64,000 nucleotides of DNA from a virus (IMGVR_UViG_3300021256_000073:39607-103606), one strand, 5' to 3'. Numbered from the stretch's first letter, positions 52,401 to 61,071 are shown. Program-made: numbers and translations. Notes: generated by a model not told the origin, from the letters alone.

Positions 52401-54100
52401 TAAATATGTTTAACATAGGTGATGAGACCAATGAAGCAGGTTCTCGCTAGAAGTTTATTGATGAGCAAGGAGTAGAATTCTTTGAGACTAATGTAGAAAA
52501 TATACTTCTTGAATATTTATCTAAGTCTATAGAATGTGAAAAGCTAAAAGACTTTATGATTGGTACTCGTTCTCTTCTTTTCCAACTCACTATGATGGGA
52601 GAGGAATCTGGTAATTCAGAAATAATGAAGAGAGAGATTAAATATATTAGAGACTTCCTAAAGGTTAATGTATTTAACACTACCATTAAATCCGAAACAG
52701 GTAGAGTTCTGACAGGAGCTTTAGCTGGATTAAGAAGTCAAGTAACTCTTATAAACCTTGGGGGTAACATGATATCATTTTTCCGTGATGTATTCCAGGG
52801 ATTTGAAGAAAATTTCATGAGAACAGTTACTAAATTGAATACTGACCTAGATGCTAAAACTCTTAGTTAGGCTTATGCTTATGTAGTTAGTCATGGAATT
52901 ACTGATACTATGCATATAAGTATGCTTAGTGCCCTATAGGCTAGATATCGTCTATCTAATATAGACCTTGCCAGTATGGAATCTTTACGTATTGGTAGAG
53001 GTGGTGCAGCTAACTACAAGAACTGGGCTTATGCTACTCTTCGTAGACCTGACTTCCTAAATAGAATGACCTTATTTGTTGCTCGTTGTATGAAAGATGG
53101 TTGCTGGGAAGGATGGGAACTTAAAGATAATATTCTAACATATAATTGGAAGAAAGATAAGAGATTTAAAGCCCTTGTAGATGGAACTTCTAAAGATTCC
53201 AAAGAATATAAGCAAGCTAAAGCTCTTTATATGTCTAAAGTTCGTGAATGGAATTCAGAGCATCCTGATAATCCAATCGATTTAAATCCAGAAACTGCTG
53301 AAACTTTCTTACCTGCACCTTATTCTGATAGAGAAGTCCTTGCTATTAAGGAAGTATCTGATAATATCTATGGTGCATACGATAAGTCTCTTAAATCTAT
53401 GGGAGAACATACTACTCTTATGTGGTTCTTTGGTATGTATACTACTTGGATGAATGGTATTTGGAATAACTATTTTATGAAGCCAGGTAAGTATATTGCC
53501 AATCGTTCTAATATGGAACAAAAGATAGGAGAGAATGGAAAGCCATTATTCCTAGATGAAAATGGAGGAATCACGGAGGAAGATACTGGAATGCCTTTAT
53601 ACGAGAATGTTCCAACTATAGTACAAGGTATAGCATATACACTTAGAGATTTATACTATGTTAGTAAGGATGGTGGTATACAAGCAATGAAAGACTATAT
53701 AAGTGCTAACCCAACAGTTAGAGCTAGTCTAGCTAAATTACTTAGTGATATGCTTGTAACACTATTGTTATTCTCAGTATTTAAATTTGTTTTAGACCCA
53801 GCTTATACAGACTATAAAAAGGAAATGAAAGATAATCCTGTTATAGCTAATCTAGCTACAGAGATATTCTATAAAGCAGGAGGACGCTCATATGACTCTT
53901 TTAGAGGTCCACTTAATCTTAAAGACTGGCTTGGAGATAATGTAGGTTCTCCAATGTATGAAGTAAATCTAAAAGTAATGTAGGATGCTATTAAATTTGC
54001 TACAGGTAGAAAGAGTGCTACTGATGTAATAGTTGGAAACTTTGCAGTTGCACGTACAGGTAAAGATACATATAATGCTTGGAAGAAAGCCCAAGAGTAA
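49454..54100 (+). CDS. Giant virion protein with degenerate PD-(D/E)XK-like domain, 1548 aa (TAG=Gln)
   Basis: Joins ORFs 49454, 50300, 50924, 51446, 51827, 52556 and 52976. Motif LVGHIDYLSIDDSGTLHIYNFK at 50156-50221. Ends TAA 54098-54100 before the convergent terminator. Confidence 0.8.
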
Positions 54101-54150
54101 AAAAAAAATAAGGGGAACCCGGTATTTCTACCGAGCTCCCCTATTTTTAT
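54101..54150. terminator. Bidirectional terminator between the convergent late (+) and early/middle (-) blocks
   Basis: A-tract, imperfect stem AGGGGAACCCGGTA / TACCGAGCTCCCCT, then T-tract, exactly at the strand switch. Confidence 0.85.
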
Positions 54151-54716
54151 TTGAAATCCTTTCTGATTTCCTTAACCTTATTAAAAAGGTCTTCAAGTGT
54201 ACCATTATTCTCTATTACATAGTCCCATCCTTCGTAGTCATCAAGAGCAGTTTCACTAATGTGATTACCTGCACCTGCACCTGGACGATTAATACGTATA
54301 AGAATACCTCCACGTTCTTTTACTGCTTCAGCTTCATTTGGGAATCGCACATCTGCTACAATAACTAAATCGTTATAAGTATTAAATAGTGCTTTTACCC
54401 AGAAGTCTGGATCTATTTCTTTTCTTACTGCTGTTCCTAGTTTCTGTAAGAACTCTCTCACTGTCATATTAATCCAATCAAGATGTCTCTGCTTAACCTC
54501 TTGACTATTAAAATCATCAAAAGGCATATTAAGCAAATCCTGAGATACTTGTTTTAGTAAGTCTGCATAATGAACGACAAAATGGTCATACACGAAACAT
54601 ATGTCAGAATTGTCATAAACAGACCAACTTATTCCAGGATTTGAAAGTAAGATTTGCAGCATTCTGGCTGTTGTATCTTTACCAGCTTGTGCCTTACCTG
54701 CTATTCCTATAATCAT
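54147..54716 (-). CDS. Deoxynucleoside monophosphate kinase (T4 gp1-like)
   Basis: MIIGIAGKAQAGKDT P-loop, REFLQKLGT, VIVADVRFPNE, HISETALD. Confidence 0.88.
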   Translation of the reverse strand: MIIGIAGKAQAGKDTTARMLQILLSNPGISWSVYDNSDICFVYDHFVVHYADLLKQVSQDLLNMPFDDFNSQEVKQRHLDWINMTVREFLQKLGTAVRKEIDPDFWVKALFNTYNDLVIVADVRFPNEAEAVKERGGILIRINRPGAGAGNHISETALDDYEGWDYVIENNGTLEDLFNKVKEIRKDFK

Positions 54717-55150
54717 ACGAAAATACGACTTTTAACAACATTAGCCAGAACAGCTCCATCTGCATTAGAATAGCTCTCCTTGAACATCTTAATAATCTTA
54801 CCCATGTCTTTCTTAGTTGGTCCACCATCGAAATTCTTAGCAATGATATAATCAACATGGGTTTCAATTTCTTGTACAGACATCATCTTAGGAAGAAGTT
54901 TCTTTAGCTCATTAGCATATGCTTTATACTCATTAGCTATTTCCTCTCTTCCATTGATTTGGTACATCTGTGATTGATCTGAATAATGCCCAACAAGTTT
55001 CTTTAGTACAGCAACTTCCGTATTAGAATTAATATCTTCCCCCTTAGTTTTTCTAAGGACAAGTTCCTGCTTAACCTGCTTATATGCTTCTAATTTAATT
55101 GGATTCTGCTCCTTACGAGCTTCAGTGATGAGTTCATCGATATTAATCAT
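54713..55150 (-). CDS. GatB/YqeY domain protein
   Basis: All-helical 145 aa with YQINGREEIA, LLPKMMSVQEIE, KKDMGKIIK and ADGAVLANVVK, typical of YqeY. Confidence 0.8.
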   Translation of the reverse strand: MINIDELITEARKEQNPIKLEAYKQVKQELVLRKTKGEDINSNTEVAVLKKLVGHYSDQSQMYQINGREEIANEYKAYANELKKLLPKMMSVQEIETHVDYIIAKNFDGGPTKKDMGKIIKMFKESYSNADGAVLANVVKSRIFV

Positions 55151-55787
55151 AAATATTAAACAACCATGTTACTTTCTTTTTAAGAATCTCTTTAACTTTT
55201 GGATTATAATCTATCCATTCCTGATTTGATAGCATAAAGTGGTCTGCATTTGTAATATCACTACCAAATACAAGGTCAAATACAAAGTTATCAAATAACT
55301 CTGGAATCACTACATCATGATTAAATGCCCATTTATAACTATCAATATCACATACTGGTATCCATCTTACATCGTCTACCTCACCTTCTTCTCCACCTTC
55401 AGGTTTCTTTCTATCAAGTACTTCGTCTTCAAAGATGATAGCAATATGACGTAGAGTTACATTACCATTATTTGAAGTCTCAGGATCGGTCTGAGTGTAA
55501 ACTTGTAGGAATTTTTCTGGATTTATATCATATCCAGTTTCCTCAAAAATTTCTCGTGAACAACATTGCTGAGCAGTCTCATTGGCCTCTAGGAAGCCGC
55601 ACACGGCGTTCCAACAACCTTGGTAGTCTGGTGTACCAGAACCACGAAGATTGGCTAGAACTGACCATTCTCCATTCACAACTCTAAATACAAATGCTGC
55701 TACAGCACAATAACGTCCACTCCATAGTACCTTACCTGCGTGTGGACCATCAGGAATTTTGTAACTCCAATTCTTCTCCATGTTCAT
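55143..55787 (-). CDS. Nudix hydrolase (probable ADP-ribose pyrophosphatase)
   Basis: Nudix box GFLEANETAQQCCSREIFEETG, plus downstream DP and WAFNH motifs of ADPRase/NrtR-type Nudix domains. Start may be 55781. Confidence 0.85.
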   Translation of the reverse strand: MNMEKNWSYKIPDGPHAGKVLWSGRYCAVAAFVFRVVNGEWSVLANLRGSGTPDYQGCWNAVCGFLEANETAQQCCSREIFEETGYDINPEKFLQVYTQTDPETSNNGNVTLRHIAIIFEDEVLDRKKPEGGEEGEVDDVRWIPVCDIDSYKWAFNHDVVIPELFDNFVFDLVFGSDITNADHFMLSNQEWIDYNPKVKEILKKKVTWLFNIYD

Positions 55788-56283
55788 TAAAATAATAAAA
55801 TACTTCGTCTCTTACAATCTCAGGAATAAATGCATTAAATAAAGGTGGACATTGTCTATATAAACTAGAAGATAGACTACCATTTGGTCTATCAACAACT
55901 AGTAACTCCCAATCTTTTAGAATCTGTCCACCATGCATCCAATCATTTATCTGTGGCACCAAATCTTCTCCTACAAGAAGATAGGTTTCATCATTACAAT
56001 ACTTAGTCCTAAGAGCATGTAATGTTGCATAAGAATAGAATGGAGGAAGCATTGCCTCCTCTATTCTATCCACTTCTGCTTTTCCATTAAATTGAGTACA
56101 TATTCTATCCATCCAGCTACATCTAACATCGAATGGTACTGGCTTGCTCTTTTTAGTTGGATTATGCATAGCAGGAACTACTACTACTTTATCCATACCA
56201 AATTCTACAATTCCCTCATTAATAACAGTAAGATGTCCATAATGAGGTGGATTAAATGACCCTAAATAAAAAGCTACTTTCAT
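55750..56283 (-). CDS. nadD: Nicotinate-nucleotide adenylyltransferase
   Basis: GSFNPPHYGH (HxGH), YSYATLHAL, LLVGED, W and LSSSLYR motifs. Confidence 0.88.
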   Translation of the reverse strand: MKVAFYLGSFNPPHYGHLTVINEGIVEFGMDKVVVVPAMHNPTKKSKPVPFDVRCSWMDRICTQFNGKAEVDRIEEAMLPPFYSYATLHALRTKYCNDETYLLVGEDLVPQINDWMHGGQILKDWELLVVDRPNGSLSSSLYRQCPPLFNAFIPEIVRDEVFYYFNEHGEELELQNS

Positions 56284-56417
56284 TTAATACGATAATTTAT
56301 AAAATCCTTAGATATTTATTCACCTTCTAGTGTTAGAGAGGCTACTATCTTGTTATCTCCTTCGTAATGAAGTTTAATTTTAAGATTATCTTTTAAATAC
56401 TGTTTTACTTCTTCCAT
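56280..56417 (-). pseudogene. Small ORF with apparent premature TAA (33 aa; 45 aa if read through)
   Basis: MEEVKQYLKDNLKIKLHYEGDNKIVASLTLEGE*ISKDFINYRIK*; the second stop (TGA 56280-56282) overlaps the nadD ATG. Confidence 0.4.
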
Positions 56418-56423
56418 ACTATT

Positions 56424-57251
56424 TTATTTATTAAACCAAGTTTTCATTCCATATGGAGTAATAGGTAGCTCTTCTTTATAAGAATTAACTATAACTCTAT
56501 CCTCAATACGTGTCACTAGTTCAAGACCACACTTATCAATCGCCTCTCTATATTTAAAACGATTGTCAAGGGAGTTCAAAATGAAGTCCACATCACCATA
56601 TGTAGCACCAGGAGCTATCTGGTCTAGGTCAGTACCTGATGTATTATCATCAGTTGGCTGCTGATTTATAGATTCCTGGATAGCATTGGCAGCTGCAGGT
56701 ACATAATGCTTAAGTACTTCTGCAACTTCCCATATTTCATGCTTCCACAAGTAGCTGATTCCTACATTGTAGTCACCAACATCACCATGTATAGTATAGA
56801 AACCAAGCATATGTTCAGTCATATTATCAGTATCTATAACCATACCTTTATAATTAGAAGCCAGCTGATATAGGTACATCATACGAAGGCGTGCCATGAT
56901 ATTACCATCACTGATGGTAGTAGCCTTAGATTCTTCCTCATTATCATAGAAGAATTCTCTAAAGCCCTTGTACATTCCACCTAGAAGAACTTCCGCGAAA
57001 TCATCACACAGGATTTCCCCAAGCTCATTTGCAATTACTACACGTGGAGCAGCCTGAGGTTTAATTGGAAGGCTTCTTCCAATAAATGTAACATCAGGTA
57101 TATCCTTAGTCGCAAGGTGACATATTACTGCAGATACAGTACTATCTATACCACCACTAAGCCCAAGGACTACACTCTTTAACTTGTTATGCTGTACATA
57201 ATGCTTAAGCTGTTCTACAGCATCAGTTATCCACTTGTCCCAATTTTTCAT
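56424..57251 (-). CDS. nadE: NH3-dependent NAD+ synthetase (single domain)
   Basis: LGLSGGIDS, GNIMARLRMMYLY, TDNMTEHMLGFYTIHGD, LWKHEI and PTDD motifs. Confidence 0.92.
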   Translation of the reverse strand: MKNWDKWITDAVEQLKHYVQHNKLKSVVLGLSGGIDSTVSAVICHLATKDIPDVTFIGRSLPIKPQAAPRVVIANELGEILCDDFAEVLLGGMYKGFREFFYDNEEESKATTISDGNIMARLRMMYLYQLASNYKGMVIDTDNMTEHMLGFYTIHGDVGDYNVGISYLWKHEIWEVAEVLKHYVPAAANAIQESINQQPTDDNTSGTDLDQIAPGATYGDVDFILNSLDNRFKYREAIDKCGLELVTRIEDRVIVNSYKEELPITPYGMKTWFNK

Positions 57252-57504
57252 ATTCTTCTTTTGTTAAAACGGTATTATGTAAATGTTCTAAATTAACTAA
57301 CCATCTCTTATCATTTTCATCTTTAGTAACTACCCAGCCTTCTTCTTTTCCTTCCTTAACATATATACGTTTTAGATAGGAATTAGTTGGAGGATAGTAA
57401 CAATAGATTTCCTGACCAATAGTCAGTTTTTCACGAGGTTTAGGAGGATAGAGTGTTATTGCACTCTTCTCCTCCTTAGCCTTTTTAGTTGTTTTGCGAG
57501 GCAT
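57223..57504 (-). CDS. Hypothetical protein, 93 aa (basic N-tail, small beta domain)
   Basis: Intact ORF overlapping both neighbours within the NAD cluster. Confidence 0.65.
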   Translation of the reverse strand: MPRKTTKKAKEEKSAITLYPPKPREKLTIGQEIYCYYPPTNSYLKRIYVKEGKEEGWVVTKDENDKRWLVNLEHLHNTVLTKEEYEKLGQVDN

Positions 57505-58669
57505 TTTCTAAAACAATATCCAAGATATTCTGCTGAACAGGACTACCTAAACGCTTGCCTGCATCATCTGAACGCTTAATACAATGGAGTTTTGGACTAT
57601 TCCAATTCTCTTGTACTTCAATAAGCTTCATCACCTCATTAAGAGGTATAACTCCACAGTCATTAGTAATGTTAGTACCTATACCAGCAACAACATTAAT
57701 TCTACCAGCAAAGTAATCTCTAATATCCTTAAATTTAGGGAAAGTAAGAGCATTACTCATAACAAGAGTCTTGCTAAGAGGATTGATATTCAATGACTTA
57801 TAGTGCTCAATGAACATATCTCCTAGAATTTTCTCATCACCAGAATCAATACGTGGACCATCAAACAGCTTACTATACTTACGAGAGAACTGACTTAGGA
57901 AGAACTTGGTAGTATAGGTATCAACCAATACTGTTCCCAGATCTCCGTCATAACAACGTACCCAATCTCTCATAGAAAGTTCGTTAGCCTGTTGATAGCC
58001 CCAAATTGCTCCATGAAACATAACCCACTCGTGTGGGAATGTACCACAAGGCATCATATCATAATCCAGTGCAAACTTAACATTAGAAGTGCCTACACAA
58101 GTCTTTGAGTTATCCTTAATATACTCAATAACCTTCTCGTGAATGTCAGAAGAGAAACGTCTGCGAGTACCAAACTCAGAGAATATCAGATTCTCTTGGT
58201 TAGCAAACTCAATCTTCTCTTTCAGATTCTTATACATTAGTTCCTCATTAGGCTCAATATGGTTATAGTAATAATAAGTCTCTGATACAGTGTAAAGGAT
58301 TGGAACTTCATAAAGTGTTACTTTATAAAGGTAATCAGTTACACGAATATGCAGATGGCCATATTTGTCCAACCATAGAGTAATTTTTTTTGGGTTGAAT
58401 CGGAATTGGCTGAGCCACTCCCAATATGCCCAGGGAAGGAATCGAGTGAGCCACTTGTTCTTCTGAATTTGCATCAGCTCATGAGGAGTAAGAGATGCAT
58501 AGTCAAGAGCACTAAGCTCATCCTGAAGTAACTCTAAGAAGTCTTTGTCATAGACAGTGTTATTTCTGTCTACATACTCAAATGTTCCCACTGCATTGGG
58601 ATAAAGCTTCATATATGCATATGAAGTTGTGAACTTGTACAGGTCAGTGTCTAAAATGCTTAAAATCAT
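57485..58669 (-). CDS. pncB: Nicotinate phosphoribosyltransferase
   Basis: ILDTDLYKFT, EFGTRRRFS, GTSNV, GTFPHEW (phospho-His), RIDSGD, GIGTN and KRSDDAGK motifs. Start set to ATG 58669 (ATGA overlap) rather than the track start 58681. Confidence 0.93.
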   Translation of the reverse strand: MILSILDTDLYKFTTSYAYMKLYPNAVGTFEYVDRNNTVYDKDFLELLQDELSALDYASLTPHELMQIQKNKWLTRFLPWAYWEWLSQFRFNPKKITLWLDKYGHLHIRVTDYLYKVTLYEVPILYTVSETYYYYNHIEPNEELMYKNLKEKIEFANQENLIFSEFGTRRRFSSDIHEKVIEYIKDNSKTCVGTSNVKFALDYDMMPCGTFPHEWVMFHGAIWGYQQANELSMRDWVRCYDGDLGTVLVDTYTTKFFLSQFSRKYSKLFDGPRIDSGDEKILGDMFIEHYKSLNINPLSKTLVMSNALTFPKFKDIRDYFAGRINVVAGIGTNITNDCGVIPLNEVMKLIEVQENWNSPKLHCIKRSDDAGKRLGSPVQQNILDIVLENASQNN

Positions 58670-59487
58670 AATGGTAAACAATATTTAACGCTAAATTCTT
58701 CTAAGATGTTTAATAAATCAGCAGGAAGTCTATCCATAGCCTCAGCAACGATATCATCTGGAACTCCCCAAAAGGCTCCTGCTATAGCTCCAGCCATACA
58801 AGCTTGAGTATCAGTATCACCTCTTAAGAGTATTGCTTTACGAATAGTCTCTTCATAAGAATTACTATCTAAGAAGCAACAAATAGCTTCAGGTACAGAC
58901 TCTTGACAACTTACTTTAAAAGTATATCCAGAATCCATAATGAACTTGGCAGATCGGTCTATACTATAAGAAGGGATCCTCTCATGAATTAAAGAGTAAA
59001 TAGCATCTTGATTATAATTATTAAGAGCAGCTCTAACAGCTAATGCTATAGCTTTTGCTCCTTTATAACCTTCTTTACTGTTATGAGATACAGATGCTTG
59101 AAGTTCTGCATACTTAGATACATCCTCTTCTTTTGTAAAGGCAGCACCTATAGGGCTTACTCTCATAGCGGCACCATTTCCCCAAGAGCCATAAGGCTGT
59201 GGATCATCACTATCAAGCCATGCTCCAAAGTTACTTCCATAGCCACGATTTCTATACTTTCTACCAAGCTCTTGCATACATTTAATAAGGGTAGAAGTCT
59301 CATGTTTGTCATCCTCTACTAACCACTTAGCTACTGCTATAGTCATTACAGAGTCATCAGAAAATGTAGAGTCTTCCATCCATAAAGGGAAATTAGGGCC
59401 TATAGCCACCCCATGACGAAGGAACTCATAAGGGACACCTACCATGTCCCCTATGATTGCTCCTAATACTGGATTTTTTATTACCAT
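58666..59487 (-). CDS. ADP-ribosylglycohydrolase (ARH/DraG family)
   Basis: GAIIGDMVGVPYE, FSDDS, SWGNGAAMRVSP and GDTDTQACMAGAIAGA motifs. Confidence 0.93.
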   Translation of the reverse strand: MVIKNPVLGAIIGDMVGVPYEFLRHGVAIGPNFPLWMEDSTFSDDSVMTIAVAKWLVEDDKHETSTLIKCMQELGRKYRNRGYGSNFGAWLDSDDPQPYGSWGNGAAMRVSPIGAAFTKEEDVSKYAELQASVSHNSKEGYKGAKAIALAVRAALNNYNQDAIYSLIHERIPSYSIDRSAKFIMDSGYTFKVSCQESVPEAICCFLDSNSYEETIRKAILLRGDTDTQACMAGAIAGAFWGVPDDIVAEAMDRLPADLLNILEEFSVKYCLPL

Positions 59488-60065
59488 ACTGCTTCAATAA
59501 TTGGAATATCAAGTTCTGTTGCCAGAAATCTAAAGTTATTATCATCAAGTGATGCTGTCAAATTATCAAGAATAACAGGATGCATTTCCTTTAGAGCTGC
59601 AGCAGTATTCATGACACAAATGTCACCCGCAAGACCACAAATCTGGACCTCTTCACTCTTACTAAAGATACACTGATCCTCACCTGTCAAATCATTGATA
59701 TTGTAGGCAAGATGGTCAAGGTATCTAGAAGGATTACCATTAAAGGCAGTAAATGCCTCTTTTCTCTGACCCTTCTTGTAGTTAAGCCAGAAGATATTCA
59801 TGGTTGTAATAGCCTGAACAATAGGTGCATAAATCTCAGCACCATGAGTATCAGCTACACAATGCTCGGGGAACTCACCACCAAAATGTATGAAAGAGCA
59901 ATGGTCTGGGCAATGCCAATCCTGGGTAGTTATAACCATTCCAACTTCTCCAGAAAGAATGTACTCTACTACTTTGTCCAGTGCTGCAACACCACCTTCT
60001 ACTGCAAGTTTACCACCCTCAATGAAATCATACTGAGGATCAACAATAATTAAAGTTTTTTTCAT
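59481..60065 (-). CDS. pncA: Nicotinamidase (isochorismatase family)
   Basis: LIIVDPQYDFIEGGKLAV, TQDWH..DH.SF, FPEHCV, KG and CGLAGDICV motifs (catalytic D/K/C and metal ligands). Confidence 0.9.
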   Translation of the reverse strand: MKKTLIIVDPQYDFIEGGKLAVEGGVAALDKVVEYILSGEVGMVITTQDWHCPDHCSFIHFGGEFPEHCVADTHGAEIYAPIVQAITTMNIFWLNYKKGQRKEAFTAFNGNPSRYLDHLAYNINDLTGEDQCIFSKSEEVQICGLAGDICVMNTAAALKEMHPVILDNLTASLDDNNFRFLATELDIPIIEAVW

Positions 60066-60080
60066 AAATATAATTAAAAT

Positions 60081-60227
60081 TTAAAGAGTTATTGCTATCC
60101 ATATAGCTATTACAAACATAGCTCCAAGGACAAATTCTATAAAATATTCAGCATTATCCCTTTGAATAGAATAAGCTAGTCCACATATAAAGACTAATAC
60201 AGCCATACAAGCACATAGTACGCTCAT
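60081..60227 (-). CDS. Small two-helix membrane protein, 48 aa
   Basis: [48 protein letters not shown]; ATGA-coupled to the phosphoesterase stop. Confidence 0.6.
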   Translation of the reverse strand: MSVLCACMAVLVFICGLAYSIQRDNAEYFIEFVLGAMFVIAIWIAITL

Positions 60228-60829
60228 AGTCCAAACATGTTAACGTTGTTTTCTTTTTGATACTTAATCTTTTCGATTACCTCTCTCCAACTTATTGGTG
60301 TAAAATTGTTCCAGTCTACTCCGACGTCATATTGAGATGGTTGTAGGCTCTTTTTCGCAATAGCTGCGTCCAATCCATCAAACTTATTATGGCTACTGTG
60401 AATATGACCAAAAAGCTGGATTGTATAAGGCTTGTACCCTGGGTAACACATAAAAGGATAGTGATTGAGGTACACATTATAACCTTCAATAAAAAGCCTG
60501 GCCTGCGGAACAATACTTTCAAATAGCTTCTCATAACCTTGTCTTAAATTCTTTTCATCATGATTACCTACAATAAGATGGATACGTCCATTAAGCTGCC
60601 CTAGAAGTGAATGCCATGCCGCTGAACCAGCAAAGCAAAAGTCACCAAGATGATAAACAATATCGTTTGGACCTACAGTCTTATTCCAATTGTCTATCAA
60701 AGTTTCATTCATTTCATGGACATCATTAAATGGACGACCACATAGCTTGATTATGTTTGCATGGCAAAAATGAGTATCTGAGGTAAAGAAGATATTATCT
60801 CCGCTCTGGTATTTAGTGATTATCTCCAT
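60224..60829 (-). CDS. Calcineurin-like metallophosphoesterase
   Basis: SDTHF, HLGDF, GNHD, HYP and GHIH motifs. Confidence 0.9.
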   Translation of the reverse strand: MEIITKYQSGDNIFFTSDTHFCHANIIKLCGRPFNDVHEMNETLIDNWNKTVGPNDIVYHLGDFCFAGSAAWHSLLGQLNGRIHLIVGNHDEKNLRQGYEKLFESIVPQARLFIEGYNVYLNHYPFMCYPGYKPYTIQLFGHIHSSHNKFDGLDAAIAKKSLQPSQYDVGVDWNNFTPISWREVIEKIKYQKENNVNMFGL

Positions 60830-61071
60830 CCCTTGGTATGTTTTTCGTCAAGAGTATACATCGCTGTAAATCTCTTAGCATAACATTCACAATTCTTAAA
60901 CTTCTTACCTGAACCACAAGGACAAGGCTCATTACGTCCTACCTTCTTAGTTCTACGTACCCAAGGAGTATGCATCTTCATCCACATTCTACCAAAATCC
61001 TCATTCTCAAGAATTCCCTTGAAGCCCTCAAGCTTCTCTGCATTTTTATTGTTCATTTTTTCCATATGCAA
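60820..61071 (-). CDS. SEC-C motif protein
   Basis: [19 protein letters not shown], the SecA C-terminal metal-binding motif. Start codon uncertain. Confidence 0.85.
   Translation of the reverse strand: MHMEKMNNKNAEKLEGFKGILENEDFGRMWMKMHTPWVRRTKKVGRNEPCPCGSGKKFKNCECYAKRFTAMYTLDEKHTKGWR

Noticed and set aside
4676-53521. Minus-strand ORFs in the late block (e.g. 19285..19710, 35100..35540, 41053..41445)
   Set aside because: These are antisense shadows of long + strand genes, with no recognisable motifs or operon context.
1-54100. Apparent massive pseudogenisation of the + strand (dozens of short ORFs)
   Set aside because: The fragments stay in frame and are broken only by TAG, catalytic motifs are intact, and true ends are TAA/TGA with coupled starts. 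Recoding explains it.
28065-54100. Introns or inteins in the polymerase and giant genes (reported in some crAss-like phages)
   Set aside because: Frames are continuous and I saw no homing-endonuclease or intein splice motifs. The terminal Cys residues are not accompanied by HN-C/S/T intein ends. A profile search would be needed to exclude this fully.
55143-60065. NAD genes as host-chromosome contamination or prophage flank
   Set aside because: They overlap with phage-type genes (dNMP kinase, thyX, small ORFs), avoid TAG stops like the rest of the block, and join the late block through a shared terminator.
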